From: Carpediemonas membranifera BICM
Lineage: Eukaryota; Protista; Fornicata
NCBI GenBank assembly: GCA_019828565.1
Contig: JAHDYR010000053.1
Location: 656,214-720,213 of the forward strand
Direction of reading: 5' to 3'
DNA: 64,000 bases
Shown here: positions 1 through 10,855 of the stretch, one piece after another
Position numbering within the stretch: position 1 is the first letter of the stretch
Layout: each line of letters starts with the position of its first letter
Made by a program: the position numbers and the translations under genes
The notes under the pieces: model-generated
What the model was told of the DNA's origin: nothing
Seen by the model: only the letters and a program-made list of their open reading frames with translations
Databases searched by the model: none

Positions 1-1642
1 CAGCGAGTGCGTCTGTGAGCCCTCTCTGGCTCCTGAGGAGGGTAGTCATGTTCCTCTGGGCCTCTAGGCGCTCCATGACGCTGGAGTCGCCCTGGAGAGC
101 CGAAGAGTACTTCTGAGTGATGAAGGCGAAGTACTGTACGTCGGGCAGCAGCACCCCAGGGGTGCGGCCGGCAGTGAAGACGTCCGATGTCGAGTTGACC
201 ACGCTGTGCAGGTTATTACCCTTGAAACACGCGATGAGGTGGACAAACGCCATGCATGCGAACGGACTCTGCTTCCACTGGCTCCGTACGAACATAAACA
301 TCCGCACCGCAGAGTCCACCTCTGCCGCGAGCTGCTCCTTTGCTTCAGCCAGCTGGTCCTTCCATTCTTGGGGCAGCACGTCGTAGTCGATCGTTCCCCC
401 GTCGGACACTGCACCCTCGTACTCCATGACCGTCAGTGGCAGTCTTCTTTCAATAGAGTCGATCTTATCCTGCAGGTGGCGGGTTCGGCGTATGGGGTGA
501 CGAAGGGCAATCTCCGCCTGGAACGGCAGGAGGAAGGGCAGGCGGGAGTATCGGGCAAGGAGGGCTCGGGCGTCGGCGTGGGTTGAGTATTGTATTGCCA
601 GTCGGGCCCTGTAGCGGCGGGATGGGAGCTCGGTGACGTAGTATGAGGCCAGTGGGAGGGCCGTGAGAAGGGCTACGACAACTACGGCGGGGGCGATGGC
701 TATGGGGTGGACGGCAGCAGCGATCGGGAGGAGGGTGAGTGAGGCTGTGAACGTGCGGGCAATGTTGGCGATCATACTGTAGTATGGGATGAACATGGCG
801 TATGGGAGGGCGGCCAGGAGCGTGCATACGGCCATGGCGGCGAGGGTACAGTACTTGATAACGTCGCTGCCACCAATAAGGGAGAGGAGCACGAGGGCGG
901 TCTTGGACAGGACGTATACGGCGTCTACTCGGCCGTGCATGCGGCCAAGGGGGTTTGATGAGTTCATGACGGAGGGGAAGACGAGCAACGCGACAGTGGT
1001 GGCGCATACGACGGTCGTGAGGGCCATGACCGCTGCTGCTGCTGCTGCGAAGTAGCCACCAACCGATGCTGAGCTGAGATACTCTTTGGTGACGAGGACG
1101 AATGCCGACAGGATGGGAACGAAACCACCGGCCAGGAGGAGGACGACCATGAATGTGATGAAACGGACGATCAGCGCGTTGGGTGCCTGTGAGGTCTGGA
1201 TGGCGCGGATGATGAGGAAGCATCCAAGGACAAAGGCGACGAAGACGAGCAAGAGGAGGGCGGCCACGACGGCCACGGCATTGGCGGACAGAGCCATGAT
1301 CATGGGCGAGATGTATACGTAGGAGAAGTACCGCCTGGCTGTGTCGAAGCCGTAGGGGAACACCGCAGTCTCTGGTTGGAGTGGGATTGCCAGGAGTTGG
1401 ATTGTCTCAAGCGAAATAAGAAGCAAAAGAAGGCAGGTGAAGAATGAACCGGAGATACTGCTGCTGGAGAGATATACTAGCTCGAATATGCGGGCTTTGA
1501 ACTGAGCAGTGATCCCCAGGCCGCTGGTAGACGACAAGCCTGAAGACGCCTGTGATAGCGAGCTCTTGGACGTCCCAGAAACACCAGATTCCGCAGAAAT
1601 AGACGGCGCTGTGCTGGAGAGGTCGTCTTCGATCGCCTGCAT
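1..1642 (-). CDS. Multi-pass membrane protein, probably TmcB-like (N-terminal part; continues off the left edge)
   Basis: Open frame from ATG at 1642 (MQAIEDDLSSTAPS...) to the window edge, missing from the ORF track because there is no stop. It has many hydrophobic helices and motifs ETIQLL, NPLGRMHGRVD, IPYY and LPDVQYFAF, which recall TmcB-type N-terminal domains. Confidence 0.6.
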   Translation of the reverse strand, partial: MQAIEDDLSSTAPSISAESGVSGTSKSSLSQASSGLSSTSGLGITAQFKARIFELVYLSSSSISGSFFTCLLLLLISLETIQLLAIPLQPETAVFPYGFDTARRYFSYVYISPMIMALSANAVAVVAALLLLVFVAFVLGCFLIIRAIQTSQAPNALIVRFITFMVVLLLAGGFVPILSAFVLVTKEYLSSASVGGYFAAAAAAVMALTTVVCATTVALLVFPSVMNSSNPLGRMHGRVDAVYVLSKTALVLLSLIGGSDVIKYCTLAAMAVCTLLAALPYAMFIPYYSMIANIARTFTASLTLLPIAAAVHPIAIAPAVVVVALLTALPLASYYVTELPSRRYRARLAIQYSTHADARALLARYSRLPFLLPFQAEIALRHPIRRTRHLQDKIDSIERRLPLTVMEYEGAVSDGGTIDYDVLPQEWKDQLAEAKEQLAAEVDSAVRMFMFVRSQWKQSPFACMAFVHLIACFKGNNLHSVVNSTSDVFTAGRTPGVLLPDVQYFAFITQKYSSALQGDSSVMERLEAQRNMTTLLRSQRGLTDALA

Positions 1643-1976
1643 TAGGATTCCAAGATTCTGCAGGACTTTCTACTTCCGACTCCGAGGTAAAGTTGATAGG
1701 GCGAACCAATCAAATATGCGGATACTTGGCCTGGATGTCGTGCATATCCGGCACAGATGCCTACTTTGACATATTCAGCAACCCAAAATTTGTCATAAAT
1801 CTCAGGATTGCTTCCAATATTTGAGAAATCGAGATGATTTTCCAAAATCAATCGGTAGCAATCCAGCAACCCAACAGCGTAGAAACTGAACAACTAGAAA
1901 TGTTTACTTATACATGCGGCATTCCGCCATTTTCCTATTATACAGCCAATCCGTGAGATATTCTCAAATCTACTCA

Positions 1977-3845
1977 CTAATCCAACGCCATCAGCCGACC
2001 CGCGAGTACCGCCACCGTCGTGCTAAACGTCACCATGTCCTGTTGCCACGGATCCGCTTGCTCCACCGCAGCGTCCAGATCGAGTGTGTCGCCTCCGCCC
2101 ACTAAAGTGCGGAAAAGCTCGGTGAACTCAAAGCGGGTCAGGACCCCGTTCTGGTCGGTGTCATACTGTCTAAACACGCGCCTGATCGTCTGCAGGAACC
2201 TGTCATGGCCTTGCAGCTGGAAGTCGAGCAAGGCGCGGACAAAGACAGGGAAGGGAACCCTTCCGTCAGATGAAAGCACAGCAGCACCGCCAGTCTTGCC
2301 CCGCGGTCTGTTCCCAAGGATAGTGATCACTCCCTCGACGATGGCGGGAACGTCCTCGGCGCGGTAGAGGTACTTGACGATTGAGGTCCATTCTTCCTTC
2401 GTCAGGAGGCCCTTCATCTTCTGGGAAAGTCGAGCTGACACAGCATCGGTGCCGGGCTTCGTGTTCAGCTTCTGGGCAATCAATGCCCGCAACAGCTCCT
2501 TCACAGTCGATTTCAAGTCGTCAAGAACTGTCTTAAACTGCTCGTCAATCTCATTCCGCATAATACGGGCAAACACGGCCACGTCAAGATCCGCAGACTC
2601 GTGCTGGGCGATCGCTTGTCGAATGCTGGCGGCCCAGTCAAGGACAAGTTGCCGGAGACCGTATCTGTGGTTGAGATATGTGTTGACGTGCTGTTCCATC
2701 GTCTCAGGGGGCACACCGCCTGTGCTAACTCGGCTGTCGTATCGTTTCTTCGATTCATATATCTCGGAGATCAGATCCTTTGTCTGTCTTAATGTCAGCT
2801 CCTTGACCTGGCCCGGCTCGTTTGTGCCAGATGCCACATGCCCAGCCTCCTTCTGGCCTCGACTCGGGGTGTGACTCCCAGAAGCAGGCCCAGCCTGTGT
2901 CCTCAGACCACTCGGGAATCGCCCAGGCTGGCCCGATGCGTATGATCCTGCGCCAGGGCTTGAGGTCGACCCCGCTGTAGCACTGAAACCCCGTCCCTTC
3001 CCGGCCTCAGGAGTGCTTGGGTGCTGGGTCGGTGTGCCAGGCTCAGAGCCGTAGCGGAGGCTGAGTGAGGATGCACTCGACGCGTTCCTCCTGTGTGGTG
3101 TGGGCGGGTAGCGGTTGCCACGGACTAGCCCCTTGAGCTTCTCGTTCTGTGACTTGAGCCAGTTGATCTCTTCATTCAGCATGGCGATCTGGTTAGCGTG
3201 GTTACGCTGCATCTGGGTCCTGTTTTCCTCGTGTGTGGTGGTCTCCTGCATCAACTGGTCGCTTGCTGCGAGTAGTTTTGTCAGCTCTGTTCCCCTCGCG
3301 TCTAGTTTCGCCTGAAGAGCCCTGTTCTTCGCCTCTAGTGACTCGTACATGTTGAACACGCCCGCTCCTATGTCGTGGACTGCCCCAGTGAGTGAGGTGG
3401 TGAGTTTCTGCACCCATTCGCCCAGGCGGGGGTAGTTTCTTGAGGCGAGGAGGTCTGAGGCAACGGAGCCGACGCTGTTGGCAACGTCGGCCTTGAGCGA
3501 GGCTAGCTCGATCTCTGCTAGTTCTGGGGCGCCTAGGGCTATGGCGTTGAGGCTGAAGCGGCGTGTGAGTTGCTGAACCCTTTCCTTCATTTCAGCGATG
3601 ATCGTCTTGGCGTCGTTTGGGTTCTCGAGGCCACGGATGGCGAATAGTTGGGGTAGTAGATCCATCGTTGGCTTCACATGTGCCATTCCCCGCTCGTAAT
3701 ACTGCTTGAACAGCTCATCGTCGATACTCGGCTGCTGCTTCACGGGAGAGGCTTCTTCCGCCTCCTTCACGTCTTCTATGTTGCTTTCCTCTCCATTCAT
3801 TCTAATTCCATCGGGCAGCGCGCCGCGCCAATCATCGTCTCCCAT
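1977..3845 (-). CDS. Coiled-coil protein with C-terminal EF-hands (conserved protist protein, possibly TSNAXIP1-related)
   Basis: 622-aa ORF with a coiled coil, ETMEQHVNTYLNHRYGL...RNEIDE block and EF-hand DTDQNGVLTRFE. Confidence 0.7.
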   Translation of the reverse strand: MGDDDWRGALPDGIRMNGEESNIEDVKEAEEASPVKQQPSIDDELFKQYYERGMAHVKPTMDLLPQLFAIRGLENPNDAKTIIAEMKERVQQLTRRFSLNAIALGAPELAEIELASLKADVANSVGSVASDLLASRNYPRLGEWVQKLTTSLTGAVHDIGAGVFNMYESLEAKNRALQAKLDARGTELTKLLAASDQLMQETTTHEENRTQMQRNHANQIAMLNEEINWLKSQNEKLKGLVRGNRYPPTPHRRNASSASSLSLRYGSEPGTPTQHPSTPEAGKGRGFSATAGSTSSPGAGSYASGQPGRFPSGLRTQAGPASGSHTPSRGQKEAGHVASGTNEPGQVKELTLRQTKDLISEIYESKKRYDSRVSTGGVPPETMEQHVNTYLNHRYGLRQLVLDWAASIRQAIAQHESADLDVAVFARIMRNEIDEQFKTVLDDLKSTVKELLRALIAQKLNTKPGTDAVSARLSQKMKGLLTKEEWTSIVKYLYRAEDVPAIVEGVITILGNRPRGKTGGAAVLSSDGRVPFPVFVRALLDFQLQGHDRFLQTIRRVFRQYDTDQNGVLTRFEFTELFRTLVGGGDTLDLDAAVEQADPWQQDMVTFSTTVAVLAGRLMALD

Positions 3846-3950
3846 TGTTCGTTGGAAGAAATTCTACCAACGAAACGACGCCACGAAGCCTTCAGACCTG
3901 TCAAGAAACACACTTTACTACCCCAAGCTATCGATACAACGAATCAAAGG

Positions 3951-5413
3951 TTAAACTTTCATGATACTCCTCGCGAGCTGTGTCCACGCGTCACGTTCCC
4001 TCACGAGGGCCGCACGCCCAGCAGGATCTCTGGGAAGATACTTCGCCCGGTACGCCAGTGCCGCAGCCTCTCTAAGCATGTTATCGATGTCATTGGGCAT
4101 CTCACCGCTCTCAGTGAGCTGCACAAGCTCGCCCTTTCCACCATGTACCATTTCATTGCGACACTGCGCACCGCCAAGCGTTGCAGAAGGGGGAGCAGCG
4201 AGTGCGGAGACCACAGGCAGCCCGGTAACGCAGTGGATGCTGGCGATGCCCTGGAGAGTTGTCACCATGTCACTGTTCCCGATCACAGGCGTCCGAGGTG
4301 GTATGGCCGACGCCTCGAGCTTGTCCTTCGCCTCCTGGGCCTCTGCCTGGGCCTGGGGCGACCGCATGTACTCTGGGATGTACGTAGCAGTGCTTGCTTC
4401 CGCACTGGGGCGGGCGGCCACCGTGCCCATGCCGTTGTCAATGGTGTCAGACGACACAGCGGTTTGGTATTGTGACATCACCTCCGTCTCGTAGTTGGTG
4501 AACCTTGCGCTTGACACAGAAGCCTCCAGGGCGGCCGAGACTAGGTCGGCGAGGAGAGGGTTGCTCAGTCTCGACGGGACGTCTCTTATAAATGGATGAG
4601 CGAGCAGTTTAGCCGCAGTCGGCCGGAATTTCTGGTTCTTAATAAGGCACTGCGCTACGAAGTCCTTGAACACGGGCGTGTAGGGCCCATCCAGGGTGGG
4701 GGCTGGGTCTCTCGGGATGTGGAAGAGGACCCGCATGGGGTGGATGCTCGAGCGGGGTGGGACGCCCTCTGCCAACTCGATGGCTGTGATTCCGAGTGAC
4801 CAGACGTCTGCGCGGCCGTCGTAGCGTTCTTCTTTGATTACCTCTGGGGCCATCCAGTAGGGGGTGCCGACAAAGGTGTTGCGGCGGGCCATCGTGTTGG
4901 TGAGCTGGGCAGAGACACCGAAGTCTGCCAACTTGACCTGGCCGTCGCGGGAGAGGAGTATGTTCCCTGCTATGTAACTGTGGAACGGTGGGACGAACCC
5001 TTGATGTCGCGGTGGATCTTGTATACAGAGTGGATGTAAACAAGGCCTTCGAGGGCAAATCTCATCACGGCGGCAATCTGGCGTTCTTCGAGAGGAGCTT
5101 CAAGAAGGTTCATGATGTCGTTGAGCGAGTTTCCCTCGCAATAGTCAAGGACGATCCAAAGACGGTTGGTGTCGCGATAAGCGCCGATATACCGTACTAC
5201 GTTGGGATGATCGCAGCTCTGGAGGATGTCAACCTCTTTCTGTACCTCGCGGAGGCTTTCATCTTCCTCTTCTGGGTCGATGAAAATGATCTTGGCAGCA
5301 ACAAGCTCTCCAGTCTTCTTGTCGACAGCTTTGTATACAGAGCCAAAGGATCCCTTGCCGAGAAGCTCTTGGAGTTGAAAAAGCTCGCGGGGATCTTGTG
5401 ATGAGATGTTCAT
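3951..5413 (-). CDS. STE20/MST-family Ser/Thr kinase (2 exons; intron 4970-4998)
   Basis: GKGSFGSVYK and GTPYWMAPEV (STE20 signature). Removing the 29-nt intron GTTCG...TTACATAG restores HRDIKAGNILL. Confidence 0.92.
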
Positions 5414-6062
5414 GATGTTGTTGCGACTGTACCTAAACTGCACCGTTGAAAGCACAGCACTCAAGTGGCTATGCCAATGAGGCGTGACTCAGTTTGACTG
5501 CAGTTATAGAGAAAACTGCTCCTCTGCTTCATTAGAGCCTTCTCTGTGCGGATGCCGAGTGTCGATCATTGCCATCAGGATGAATGACAAGGAATGATAC
5601 TCCATTAAGAGGCAACATGGTAGATACCGGGTCCATTTTGGCTCAGTGGTTTAACATCACAAGAGCATGGGACTTCCCTCGATAGTTCATCTTCGTTGAC
5701 GTGAAGTTCCCAGTTGGGGTGGCTCTCCTCACTCAACCCCCTCTCGAACCGGATGATTATTTGACATGACGTCACTGACGATTGTCTCGGAGTGTTATCC
5801 AGGGCAAGGGCTGGTTGATAGTGGTCGCGAGAGGGTGCTTGAATCAGTATATCCAGTGTGTCTTTGTGTCAAGAGAGCAGGGTCGACCCATCGTCAGAAA
5901 GCTACACTGAGCACAGCGCCTCCGCATCTGATTATCCCGATACCCCTTAGATCACTCAGTATTCCACAGCTTCGCGCTCATGCCGCTTGATCCGGAGGAG
6001 GCCCGTGTGTGACAATGCAGAACAAGCAGAAGACATTCAATTTGTTTAAATTACACTCAGAT

Positions 6063-7356
6063 TTACGGATGCGAGCGGCACTGAAGAACGGCAAAAATCC
6101 GTTCAGCCGCAAGCAGAGCCTCTGACTCATTCAAAGTACGCTCGGTCACGTTTTCCGGGGGGACAGCCTCGTATTTGTCGCCAGTCCATTTGTACTGGAA
6201 CTGTACCTTTTGATGCTCACCCGCAATGAGCATGCTGATATTGACAAGACATGTCCTGTCCGCTTGGACCTCCAGACGGTCGCCAATCATGAGGGGGTGG
6301 GTGGCGAGGTCTTCGACGGAGGGGCGATCGCGGCGCTGGCAAAGGCAGCTCTGGATGAAGTCCCGGACGGTGGCGTCTGTGACAGTGGCTAGTGATTCGG
6401 GGGGGATGCTCTGGGAGACCTTGGCATATAATTGAGACACGTTTTCACACTCTCTATAAGGAATCTCGCCTGTGGCCATCTCGAGGACGCACATCCCGAA
6501 GGCGTATACATCAACGCGCTCATCGTATATCCCTATTTGCATCTCAGGGGCCATGAATTGCGGTGTACCAACAAATGTCTCGGCGTGAGTTTCCTCGAGG
6601 AAGCGTGAGAGCCCGAAGTCGCCGATCTTGACCTTGCCGCTGTCGCTGTCGATTAAGATGTTATCGCACTTCAAGTCGCGGTGTATGATGGGTGGCGTCT
6701 GCCCGTGCATGTAGATGAGGCCCGATAGGATCTGGCTACCATAGTTGGTGATGACGTCGACATCCATGGTCCACCCGTTCTTCCTCATCTGCTTAATATG
6801 CTGGCGCAGGGTGCCGGACATGAGCTCAGTAGCAAAAATGATGCACTCGTCGCCTGCTGTCCACGAGGCGATGAGTGGGAGAATCGTATCATGCTTCATT
6901 GTCATGAGTATTTCAATCTCCTTCAAGAGACTCTCAACCCGAAAAGTGTCGGTTGGAGCATCAACAACGACTTCGTTCCATGCCACATAGACCTGCTCTG
7001 TGCGATCTAAAGCCTTGTAAACTGCCTTGAATGATCCGTGGCCGATCCGCTCAAAACGTTGGAAGCGCTGCTTGTTACTCGACGAACCCCCATATACCGG
7101 CGAAGCCACACGGCCGGATTGAGGGGGCGGCAAGGCCTTTGATGGACCCCCAACCTCCGGGGTGGCCCCGCTGGATCCATCATCAGTCGGTGCTCTTGAA
7201 TCCACGTTGTCACGTAGAGTTTCCTCGTCCTTAATCGGGTCTTTGGGGGGCAGCCAGCCGAAGTAGTCGAAAATCCGGTAAACAGCCAGAAAGACATGTT
7301 AGCAGAAGTGGTATGCCAAGTATAGACAAGATTGCACCCACAAGCTCTACAACCAT
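6063..7356 (-). CDS. WNK-family kinase; 5' end out of frame (see findings)
   Basis: IGHGSFKAVYKA...VAWNE (Lys in subdomain I, none in II), IIHRDLKCDNI, VKIGDFGL and GTPQFMAPE. There is no in-frame ATG upstream of the kinase domain. Confidence 0.8.
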
Positions 7357-7612
7357 AAAACTCGCGGATTGCTGTCCTTTCGTCTGGCTCAAGAGCCTTT
7401 ATTAACCGCAATCGTTTATGATTCATGTAATTACATAAATGGATTGGAGGTGGCATCCAAGGCGGCTAGCAGCCACCACTCAACTCGCCTCCTTTGATAC
7501 ACCGCCCCTCTGCCCAAGGAAGCTCCCCGTTTATGTAAATCCTCCCTGCCAGCAACGAGCAGCCCTACAGGCTAGCGCGTGGTGCGGGGAGCGAGAGGGG
7601 TCCCGCTGGCAC

Positions 7613-7868
7613 TTAATGGGCGGGGTTGTGCGGGCACTGCCCGCTCGCCTTGCGGACAACCTTGAGGTTGCCCTTTGCAAGGCCTCGCGGCGATGTCGAA
7701 GACGAGGTGGTCGAGGGGCCACGGGGTCGAGGAGTCGCCGGCCATGGTTGACTTGCCGACGTGGTTGCGGATCTCGTTGAGGAGCTGGAACGACTTCTCG
7801 CCAACCTCTCCTGAGGCGGATATGACGAACGGGCGGAAGCTGTGGTCGAGGAAGCTCAGGTGGGGCAT
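7613..7868 (-). mobile_element. Degenerate 3' fragment of a non-LTR retrotransposon with restriction-like endonuclease (CRE/SLACS-type)
   Basis: FRPFVISASGEVGEKSFQLLNEI...LVFDIAA/[+1 shift]GLAKGNLKVV matches the REL C-terminal pattern FxPxxxxxxGxxGxxxxxLLxxI...SxxLxxGN. Confidence 0.6.
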
Positions 7869-7871
7869 AAT

Positions 7872-10289
7872 TTACAACCCTTGGTCCTCAAGATCAAGCA
7901 ACCTCTCAGCAATAGCTCCCACGCCCGCGGCCACGGCATCGGCGTCCACATCTCGACTCCGCGGCTGTATAGCGCCACCGTTGTCGACACTGACGAGCAC
8001 ACGTCGGAGGAGGAACCTGAGCGATGTCTCCACCATCTCTGGCCACGAATAGTCGCCAGACTCCAGCTCTGGCAGCATCAGATGTGCCTCAATCGCCTCA
8101 TGATGGCTGCTTTCTGGGAAAATGAGCCGAAGCTGCGCCAGATGTGCGCGAAGACCGGCCAAAAGACTCTGTCCGGCCATGGTGTACTCCTCCCGTGCCC
8201 CATTCATCGCCTCCAACGCCGTCCCGAGACCCACGTGCGCCCTATCCGCGAAGACCATCACTCCCGCATCCTCCACCGGCCTCTTCTCCCGAGTCATCGC
8301 CACTAGACGACGCGACACAAGCCGCACGGCACACTGCCACTGAGCCAGAGTCGATTCGGAGTCACGGACAGCCTGTCTGCGGGACAAGAGGCTTGCTACT
8401 AGTGGCACGAGCGGCCTCACGTCCATAGCTTGGCTCAGAGTGGCTTCGTCTGCCCGGTCGATCACGGCGTTGGGCAGGATATCGGGTAGGACCCGGAAGA
8501 TCAGATCCGCGGCCGCCCATGTCGCTGCGACGATCTTATACTTGCCTGGGCCGTCTGGGTCGGTGATCTGGGGTCGGCCCCGGATGGTCACCCTGCCATG
8601 TGGCATTTTAAGGGTCACCGCGTTCTTAGCCTCGGCCGCAGAAAGCGAGTCGCCCTCGAGCAGACCGCGGAGTAGCTCTGTGAGGTGGCGCTCGGTGGGA
8701 GTCGCGACCATGACCGAGACTACATATTTCTTGAGGCCGACGGGCTTGGGTTCGACTGTGACGTCTGCCCAGGCCGGCTTGAGCACTGATACGGTCTGCT
8801 GCACCGGGAATAAAGCCTCCTGGGCTGAGAACTGGCCTGAGACCGCAGCAGAGATAGTCATCCTGTCGGGTAGACTTGACAGTGAAGTCGAGAGAGTCGT
8901 CGCCATCTTGTTACCTGGGACCAGCATCATCGGTTCAAGCACCACAGACTGGCCGCCAGCCCACGCGACGGTGAGGCCCTCGGTGCTGAACGACGCGCCG
9001 GCCTCAGAGGAAAGCTCCACTGCAATATCCAGAGTCACATCCGAGTCGTCGATCATAAGTGCAAGAGCGAGGGTCGGCCCGACAGGTGGGGGTGGCTGGG
9101 CCTGCCTCAGCTCTGCCCGGAGCTCTCGCCGCCGAGCTTCCAGCGCAGCATACGTTTCTGAGGTGATCGTTTCGTCGGGTGGCTGGGCAACTCGGGGAGT
9201 CGTGCCTAGACAGTCGAGTTTCAGCTTGCCCTCGGTCGTGAGCGAGACTAGACCGCCCGTAAGAGGGCCGCGAGGGGCATCAGTGTATCCAGAGATAGAT
9301 ATGACCGTATCTCCGGTAGATATGTCAATCTTTGACCGCCAGAGGAGTGTCAGAGCTGGATCGGTCCTAACACGCCGGAAGATCCATATCTGCCCGTCCG
9401 CCGAGGCCATTACAATGTTATACGAGTCTCTGGTCCAGTTAACCACTGACAGAGCCGCAGGGCAGCGGTCTCTCGATGCCCCTGCGAGGGCGATGAGGTG
9501 CTCACCCACGACAACACGGCCTGTGGTCGGGGTGACCACTAGAATGGAGGTGGGTAGCGCTACAATGATCTCCGGCTGTCTCACGGTGGAGTTGGGTGTG
9601 ACTGCCATCGCGAGGACCTCGTCTTCAAACACAGACGTCCAGGTGGGCACGGGCAGTGTCTGGCCGCCGAGCTGGGCCGCTGGGTAGGCTGAGATGTTGT
9701 ATGCGCAGTCAGCCATGAGGAGGTGGCTTGAGGCTACGGCCATTGGTCCTGGAAGAAGGAAGGCGTCGCCGAGGAGGTGGGATGTAAGACCCGTGGACGC
9801 GGATACGACTGAAAGAGTCGCATCAATTGATTGGACAGCTACTGTGAGCGGGCTGCGGGAGATTACGGCGAGGTTGACGGCCCTGTTCTCAAGGGGGAGA
9901 ATGTTGGCGCGGGCAAGGGTGTACTGGCCCATAGCGCTTACGTAGGACTCGTCAGAAATCTCGGTGCCTGCCTTCTGGAGGGTATAAAGCTCAATGTTGT
10001 CTGGGTGAAGCACAAGGAGCTGAGCGGGAGTGGTCTCGTCGGCATCGTCTTTCTCGGGCTCGATATGGACTTGCAGGACGGGCTGGGGGAACGAATGCTG
10101 CAATATAAGGCCACCAGTGTCATCCTTGGAATCCTTCGAGGGCTGGAAAATGCTGAGAACGCCCTCAATGGAGCATGTGACGATTTGCTCGCCATGCTCG
10201 GGGTCTAAGCGGCCTCTGGAAATGGAATTCACGTCAAAATCCCCAACTAGGTCGCTTTTCCAGAGAGTTGTGTTCGTGAAGAGCGCCAT
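7872..10289 (-). CDS. BBS9: BBSome subunit BBS9 (PTHB1)
   Basis: N-terminus MALFTNTTLW...DFD...IVTCSIEGVLSIFQP, FLLPGP and LVSLTTEGKLKLDCLGTTP resemble BBS9. Start placed at the first ATG, 10289. Confidence 0.8.
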   Translation of the reverse strand: MALFTNTTLWKSDLVGDFDVNSISRGRLDPEHGEQIVTCSIEGVLSIFQPSKDSKDDTGGLILQHSFPQPVLQVHIEPEKDDADETTPAQLLVLHPDNIELYTLQKAGTEISDESYVSAMGQYTLARANILPLENRAVNLAVISRSPLTVAVQSIDATLSVVSASTGLTSHLLGDAFLLPGPMAVASSHLLMADCAYNISAYPAAQLGGQTLPVPTWTSVFEDEVLAMAVTPNSTVRQPEIIVALPTSILVVTPTTGRVVVGEHLIALAGASRDRCPAALSVVNWTRDSYNIVMASADGQIWIFRRVRTDPALTLLWRSKIDISTGDTVISISGYTDAPRGPLTGGLVSLTTEGKLKLDCLGTTPRVAQPPDETITSETYAALEARRRELRAELRQAQPPPPVGPTLALALMIDDSDVTLDIAVELSSEAGASFSTEGLTVAWAGGQSVVLEPMMLVPGNKMATTLSTSLSSLPDRMTISAAVSGQFSAQEALFPVQQTVSVLKPAWADVTVEPKPVGLKKYVVSVMVATPTERHLTELLRGLLEGDSLSAAEAKNAVTLKMPHGRVTIRGRPQITDPDGPGKYKIVAATWAAADLIFRVLPDILPNAVIDRADEATLSQAMDVRPLVPLVASLLSRRQAVRDSESTLAQWQCAVRLVSRRLVAMTREKRPVEDAGVMVFADRAHVGLGTALEAMNGAREEYTMAGQSLLAGLRAHLAQLRLIFPESSHHEAIEAHLMLPELESGDYSWPEMVETSLRFLLRRVLVSVDNGGAIQPRSRDVDADAVAAGVGAIAERLLDLEDQGL

Positions 10290-10341
10290 TTCTCCCCAGA
10301 AATGCGAGCGAATTGTGCGTGCACTTTTAGGATTCTCCCCT

Positions 10342-10385
10342 TGTGCAATTGAAGGGTCAAACAATGTGTTTACACTGCGCAACAC
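10342..10385. repeat. 44-bp dispersed element, copy 1
   Basis: TGTGCAATTGAAGGGTCAAACAATGTGTTTACACTGCGCAACAC, 43/44 identical to 39196-39239. Confidence 0.9.
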
Positions 10386-10491
10386 CCCTCGGAGGAAGGT
10401 ATTTAGAGATGTTTACTGGGGTTTCATGTGAAGAAAGCTTTAGACTCAACAATTCTAATCCTGCGCGGCACACTACCTCCACTAACCCACT

Positions 10492-10773
10492 TCAGCCCTC
10501 GTCTGTGCCATCGGGCTTTCGTGCTTTCAGTCGTCGGTCTGCACGAAAAGATGCGTCGTCCATCGTCTGTGTCGAACGCTGCTGTCTTCTTTCGCGTCTG
10601 TGCTCGTCTGTTACGCGCTCATCTGTCGTCCATTGCCGGCGTCTGAAGCTCATGTCGTCGTCGTCTTCGTCATCTTCGTCTGTTGTTGAATTCTGGGCAC
10701 CCAACACGACATGGTCGCATAGCACCCGTACCATGTGCTCCTTTACTCGTTGGGAGACTGCTCTTATCGACAT
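10492..10773 (-). CDS. Small acidic/Arg-rich hypothetical protein
   Basis: 93-aa ATG ORF with a DEDDEDDDD tract filling an intergenic gap; no recognised domain. Confidence 0.35.
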   Translation of the reverse strand: MSIRAVSQRVKEHMVRVLCDHVVLGAQNSTTDEDDEDDDDMSFRRRQWTTDERVTDEHRRERRQQRSTQTMDDASFRADRRLKARKPDGTDEG

Positions 10774-10855
10774 TCACTTCTGGTCAAAAGCTGCCGGCAT
10801 GCCTTCTCGAAATGTGGTTCACACAGATTCCGTTAGAAGGCTCCATTAGAATAGA

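Noticed and set aside
465-1223. 252-aa His/Pro/Arg-rich ORF
   Set aside because: Alternative frame of the membrane-protein gene at 1-1642.
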